64,000 nt of DNA from an uncultured Alphaproteobacteria bacterium (lineage in GTDB: Bacteria > Pseudomonadota > Alphaproteobacteria > Rs-D84), in contig CAMORN010000002.1 in the NCBI GenBank assembly GCA_946623825.1, positions 20,237-84,236 on the forward strand. The letters run 5' to 3'. A program made the translations under genes and the position numbers. The notes under the pieces are model-generated. The model worked only from the letters and a program-made list of their open reading frames with translations. It ran no database searches and was not told the origin of the DNA. This document shows positions 60,356 through 64,000 of the stretch, in pieces (the stretch's first letter is position 1; each line of letters starts with the position of its first letter).

Positions 60356-61095
60356 TTTCGTGTTTTTACTAAAATTCTTGCGTCGTTTCTTAAATCTATA
60401 ATTTCAATTTCACGCGACAATAATTTATGTGTTTGGTTTAATATGTTAATTTTATTTACAGCTGTCGCAGGATTGTTTTCTGGTAAGTAAATAGTTATTC
60501 CATTTTTTGTGTGTAAATTCCAACGTCTTGATTCTATGTAATCCATATAATCAATATGTTCAGATAACACAGAAACTGTTTTTATGATTTCTGTTAAATC
60601 GTCAGGCATATCTTCAAGATTGCCACGGAAAACAATCGAATTTTCGTCCCTTGTTTCAGATGGTGTGTCTATTTTTGTTTTGTCTTCTGATAAAGGATAA
60701 TAATACACACCATCAAAAAATAGGGCAATCGCATGATGTTGTTTCGTTTGTATGATTATATTCCCATTAGGCATACGACGGGTTGCAGAATTTTTTACCC
60801 CAGGTACCTTTAACATACGGTTGTTTATTTGATTTAAATCGACGGAACGAATATCTGTGCCATATGGAATACCAACCGCCAATTTTAACGGTTCCATATC
60901 AGTTTCTTTTGTGTCGCTGAATATGTCGACTTGTTTTATTTGAGATATTGGACCGCGTCCCATTTGACTGGTTATAATTCTGGTTGAAAAATAGACAGCC
61001 AAAACAATGGATACAATAAAATATAGCCAAAAGAATATAGTTTTCTTCATGCCAACAATTATATCATATTTTTTAGTAAATAGCCAACATAACAC
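60352..61095 (-). CDS. ftsQ: Cell division protein FtsQ
   Basis: N-terminal TM, POTRA domain, and the typical C-terminus ...LSREIEIIDLRNDARILVK; 247 aa. Confidence 0.7.
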   Translation of the reverse strand: MLCWLFTKKYDIIVGMKKTIFFWLYFIVSIVLAVYFSTRIITSQMGRGPISQIKQVDIFSDTKETDMEPLKLAVGIPYGTDIRSVDLNQINNRMLKVPGVKNSATRRMPNGNIIIQTKQHHAIALFFDGVYYYPLSEDKTKIDTPSETRDENSIVFRGNLEDMPDDLTEIIKTVSVLSEHIDYMDYIESRRWNLHTKNGITIYLPENNPATAVNKINILNQTHKLLSREIEIIDLRNDARILVKTRK

Positions 61096-61101
61096 GCAAA
61101 A

Positions 61102-61476
61102 TTATTTTGCTCGCAACAAATAACCGCGTTTTAACATACACTTACGATAATATCCGGTTGTTTTAGAGGCACTGTTAGGTGGTACAGATAACAGAGCCCT
61201 TTGTCCGACATCTTTGTATTCATTAGATTGAAATGTGACCCACAAACCGTCCCAATCAGGCATCTGGGCGCTTTGATTCGGGGATAACAGCTTTGCAATT
61301 CGGGAACGCGGAATATAATTGTTTGTTTTTATTCCAAGGCATGATTTGTGGTCGCGAACAAATTGTTCGGTTGTAACCGCATCATTTTCCCAATTTAATA
61401 TTGTGGCGTCATCTATAGACCCACGATTTGCAGATGCACACGCTGTTAAACCAATCAATAAAAATAAATATTTCAT
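61102..61476 (-). CDS. Small lipoprotein (hypothetical)
   Basis: MKYLFLLIGLTAC lipobox signal from ATG 61476. The ORF-track N-extension is unlikely. Confidence 0.4.
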   Translation of the reverse strand: MKYLFLLIGLTACASANRGSIDDATILNWENDAVTTEQFVRDHKSCLGIKTNNYIPRSRIAKLLSPNQSAQMPDWDGLWVTFQSNEYKDVGQRALLSVPPNSASKTTGYYRKCMLKRGYLLRAK

Positions 61477-61559
61477 TCTCATTTCTTTCTTATTATAATT
61501 TATTTGCCTTTTTGTGGCAATAGTTTTTATAATGTAAAAAACATAGTGGGGAAAAAGAG

Positions 61560-61883
61560 ATGGCAATATCAATTCAAAATTATATAAAATTGGCTAATTT
61601 TTACAACGAAATGTCGCGCATTTTGTCGGCTGTGTGTGTTGAAAAAGGCGGGATTGCGCTGGAAAATTATGTTGGTCGTTTCTTTGCTGCAGATGTTCTT
61701 GAATATATTGTGGAATATGGAAACAGATTAAAAAAGTCTGGGGCGCAATTGACACCAGATATAACAAATGCGATGGATTTGTTTGAAAAAAAATTTGAAA
61801 GTGTGAAACATCTTGTTACCCCAACACAAAAACCTATATACGAAATGACGCTAGAAGAATTTGAAAAAATTATGAATATCTAG
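61560..61883 (+). CDS. Hypothetical protein (107 aa)
   Basis: ORF with plausible RBS GGGGAAAAAGAG. No family recognised. Confidence 0.3.
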   Translation: MAISIQNYIKLANFYNEMSRILSAVCVEKGGIALENYVGRFFAADVLEYIVEYGNRLKKSGAQLTPDITNAMDLFEKKFESVKHLVTPTQKPIYEMTLEEFEKIMNI

Positions 61884-61919
61884 TATAAATATGAATATAA
61901 ACATAAAAAAGGAAAGAAA

Positions 61920-63251
61920 ATGGCACAAAAACAAGCAAAAAACATGATATTTTTTATCGTAGGTTTGTGTTCTGTATTTGTTTACGGATGTGCAAACAAA
62001 CGACAAGATATGACTGTGTTTGATACGGTAAATGTTGTCCAAAATTCTGTTATAAATGAAAAATCTGTGCCTATTTTTCCTAAAAAGGCAGCTTTGACAA
62101 CAGATACAGCACAACATTTTGCGCTGGATTTGCCAAAGAGATGCACTGTAGATTGGGATAATCAAAGTGTGGTTTCTGTATTGCCAGAAGAAAAAATAGA
62201 AATTGTTCGTATTAACAACGGTGATCCATTACCAGATTTGAAGGTTTCTGATTTTGATTTCAAGAAAATGTATGTCAAAGATGTTCTTGAAAAATTATTG
62301 GCGGATACAGATGTTTCTGTATTGGAAGACCAAAAGACATTTGAAAAAATCACTGGTTCTATTAAAACAAGTTCATTGGCTGATGCGGTTGATTTAATTA
62401 CAAAATTGGGACGCGTTTATTATTCTTATGATAAAGAATTCGGTGAATTACACATAACTGGTCATGGTAAATTTATGATAAAAATGCCAAAAGATGAAAC
62501 TATGATAATGGCGATATTAGATGCTATGCGTGGTGCAGATGTGCTGAATTTATTGGTTAACTGGCAAGACAAAACAGTTGTTTTCGAAGGTAATTATCAA
62601 ACACAAAGAGAGGTTGCAAAAATCATTGCAGATGTCAGTGCTAAAAAATATGTAATCGCATGGGATATGGATGTGTATCGTGTATATCCAAAAATAGACA
62701 ATCCGATTGTTTGGATGAATATGTTACCTGCGTTTGGTGAAAAAAATATTCATATGTCTATTCCTGGGGTTGTAGGACGCGCGTTGGTGGTAAGTCCTGA
62801 AGTCAATACAAAAACATTGCAACAATTCATTTCTCAACAGGCAAAAATGGTATTGATATCTCAGGGTACTTTTGCGTTGCCTAATGGTTGGCAATCAAGA
62901 TTTGATATTGGTCAATGCAGCAAAGAAGATCGTCTCGAAACAGATTTGATTATTGGTGCAACTGGTACATATGGTAATTATGGCGGATATAATAAAATAG
63001 ATGCCAAGATTGTATTAAGTACCAGCAACGGCGAATTAACATCTTTCAAAATAATGTCAGATGTTGGTGATAATTATGTGTTTGTTGGTATTCCGACGCA
63101 CGCGTTTGTAACAACACCGGAAACTTTGATAAGTCCTTTTGCAGAATTGGTGGTGTTTGTAAGTCCGCGCTTAATATCAATTGTTGATGCAAATAAAACT
63201 GATTCTAAACAATTGGTTGGTGATAATTTGCGTGATTTCTTGAACCAATAA
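61920..63251 (+). CDS. Secretin-like outer-membrane lipoprotein (candidate type IVb pilus / T2SS secretin, PilN/TcpC/BfpB-like)
   Basis: Lipoprotein signal (FIVGLCSVFVYGC). N-terminal region resembling secretin N-domains (VKDVLEKLLADTDVSVL...IMAILDAMRGADVLNLLVNWQDKTVVFEG). C-terminus ...ELVVFVSPRLISIVD resembles the conserved secretin C-terminal strand (e.g. TELLVFITPRII). Confidence 0.35.
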   Translation: MAQKQAKNMIFFIVGLCSVFVYGCANKRQDMTVFDTVNVVQNSVINEKSVPIFPKKAALTTDTAQHFALDLPKRCTVDWDNQSVVSVLPEEKIEIVRINNGDPLPDLKVSDFDFKKMYVKDVLEKLLADTDVSVLEDQKTFEKITGSIKTSSLADAVDLITKLGRVYYSYDKEFGELHITGHGKFMIKMPKDETMIMAILDAMRGADVLNLLVNWQDKTVVFEGNYQTQREVAKIIADVSAKKYVIAWDMDVYRVYPKIDNPIVWMNMLPAFGEKNIHMSIPGVVGRALVVSPEVNTKTLQQFISQQAKMVLISQGTFALPNGWQSRFDIGQCSKEDRLETDLIIGATGTYGNYGGYNKIDAKIVLSTSNGELTSFKIMSDVGDNYVFVGIPTHAFVTTPETLISPFAELVVFVSPRLISIVDANKTDSKQLVGDNLRDFLNQ

Positions 63252-63262
63252 AGGAATAAAAT

Positions 63263-64000
63263 ATGTTGTTTTCTGATTTAGAAAAGAAAGTTGCTTTCAG
63301 ATATATGTTCGCCAAGAAACGCGGTTTTGGTTCTGTGGTTTCTTGGGTTTCTTTGATTGGTATTATGTTGGGTGTTGCAACTTTGATTGTTGTGATGTCT
63401 GTTATGGGTGGTTTTCATGAAACTTTGTTGTCCAGAATTATTGGTATGAATGGTCATGTTGTTGTTTATCACAATGGTGGAACAATTTCTGATTATGATT
63501 TCTTGATTGATAAAATGCGTCAAAATAAAGTTGTTGCAAAATATACAACTTCTATTGTTCCAATTGCAGAAGGTCAAATTATGGCGTCCAGCAATGGTAA
63601 TAATTCAGGCGCCATGGTTCGTGGTATTCGTATGCCTGATTTGATTGCAAAAACAAATACTGGAACACGCATTTATGGCAAGGCATTAGATAAAGTCAAA
63701 GATGATGAATTGGTTATTGGTTCCGCATTATCACGTGCATTGCGTGTTACATCTGGGGATAAAGTTTCTTTGATTTCTGCAAATGGTGGAACAGCTACAC
63801 CATTTGGAACGATGCCTCGGATAATGTCTTATCCGGTTGTTTCGTCTTTCTTTATGGGAATGTATGAATATGATTCTGGTTATATATTTATGTCATTAGA
63901 ATCTGCACAAAAATATTTAAATATTCAAGATTCTGTCACACACATAGATTTGTTCTTAACAGATGCAGAACGCAGTGGTGAAGTGGTCAGTGCATTGGAC
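63263..64000 (+). CDS. lolC: Lipoprotein-releasing system permease LolC/LolE (FtsX-like), N-terminal part; 3' end lies outside the window
   Basis: VAFRYMFAKKRGFGSVVSWVSLIGIMLGVATLIVVMSVMGGFHETLLSRIIG matches the LolC/E N-terminus (AlRYl...fis.is.is.iGi.LGVaaLIvVlSVMnGF). Confidence 0.7.
   Translation, partial: MLFSDLEKKVAFRYMFAKKRGFGSVVSWVSLIGIMLGVATLIVVMSVMGGFHETLLSRIIGMNGHVVVYHNGGTISDYDFLIDKMRQNKVVAKYTTSIVPIAEGQIMASSNGNNSGAMVRGIRMPDLIAKTNTGTRIYGKALDKVKDDELVIGSALSRALRVTSGDKVSLISANGGTATPFGTMPRIMSYPVVSSFFMGMYEYDSGYIFMSLESAQKYLNIQDSVTHIDLFLTDAERSGEVVSALD

Overview
This is an AT-rich window (about 30-33% GC outside one anomalous gene) with short intergenic regions and many start/stop-coupled genes, which looks like a reduced alphaproteobacterial (Rickettsiales/Holosporales-like) chromosome. 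Most of the window is housekeeping: accB(partial)-accC, pheT-pheS, rplT-rpmI, mreC-mreD-mrdA-rodA-topA-dnaG as one co-directional block, ychF, rpmJ (under 60 aa, so absent from the ORF track), lpxK-lpxC, gyrB, ung, folD, aspS, uvrB, tsaE, ftsQ-ftsA, three tRNAs and a partial lolC/E. Accessory content of interest: (1) a type IVb-pilus/T2SS-like assembly module (416-aa bitopic protein, PilP/GspC-like coiled-coil protein, GspE/PilB-family ATPase, GspF/TcpE-like platform) followed by a Cys/Gly/Thr-rich secreted-protein gene with a high-GC3 mosaic segment and a leader with mutually exclusive hairpins, plus a secretin-like lipoprotein about 30 kb away; (2) an isolated virB3-virB4 pair with a near-consensus promoter; (3) a tightly coupled 7-gene accessory operon (nucleotidyltransferase, PNP-like phosphorylase, two GNATs, an HExxH protein, a cupin) next to the initiator tRNA-fMet; (4) a 1245-aa coiled-coil/multi-TM protein divergent from a 616-aa gene; (5) an orphan Mtd_N-like phage tail-fibre-domain gene beside a surface-polysaccharide cluster with a GT2-acetyltransferase fusion and three hexapeptide acetyltransferases; (6) ftsA fused in frame to rpe with ftsZ absent; (7) a RusA-like resolvase, a truncated SufD-like orphan, and a family of ACCGGT-palindrome terminators. 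Every functional call rests on motif-level reading of the translations and gene order; no database search was possible.
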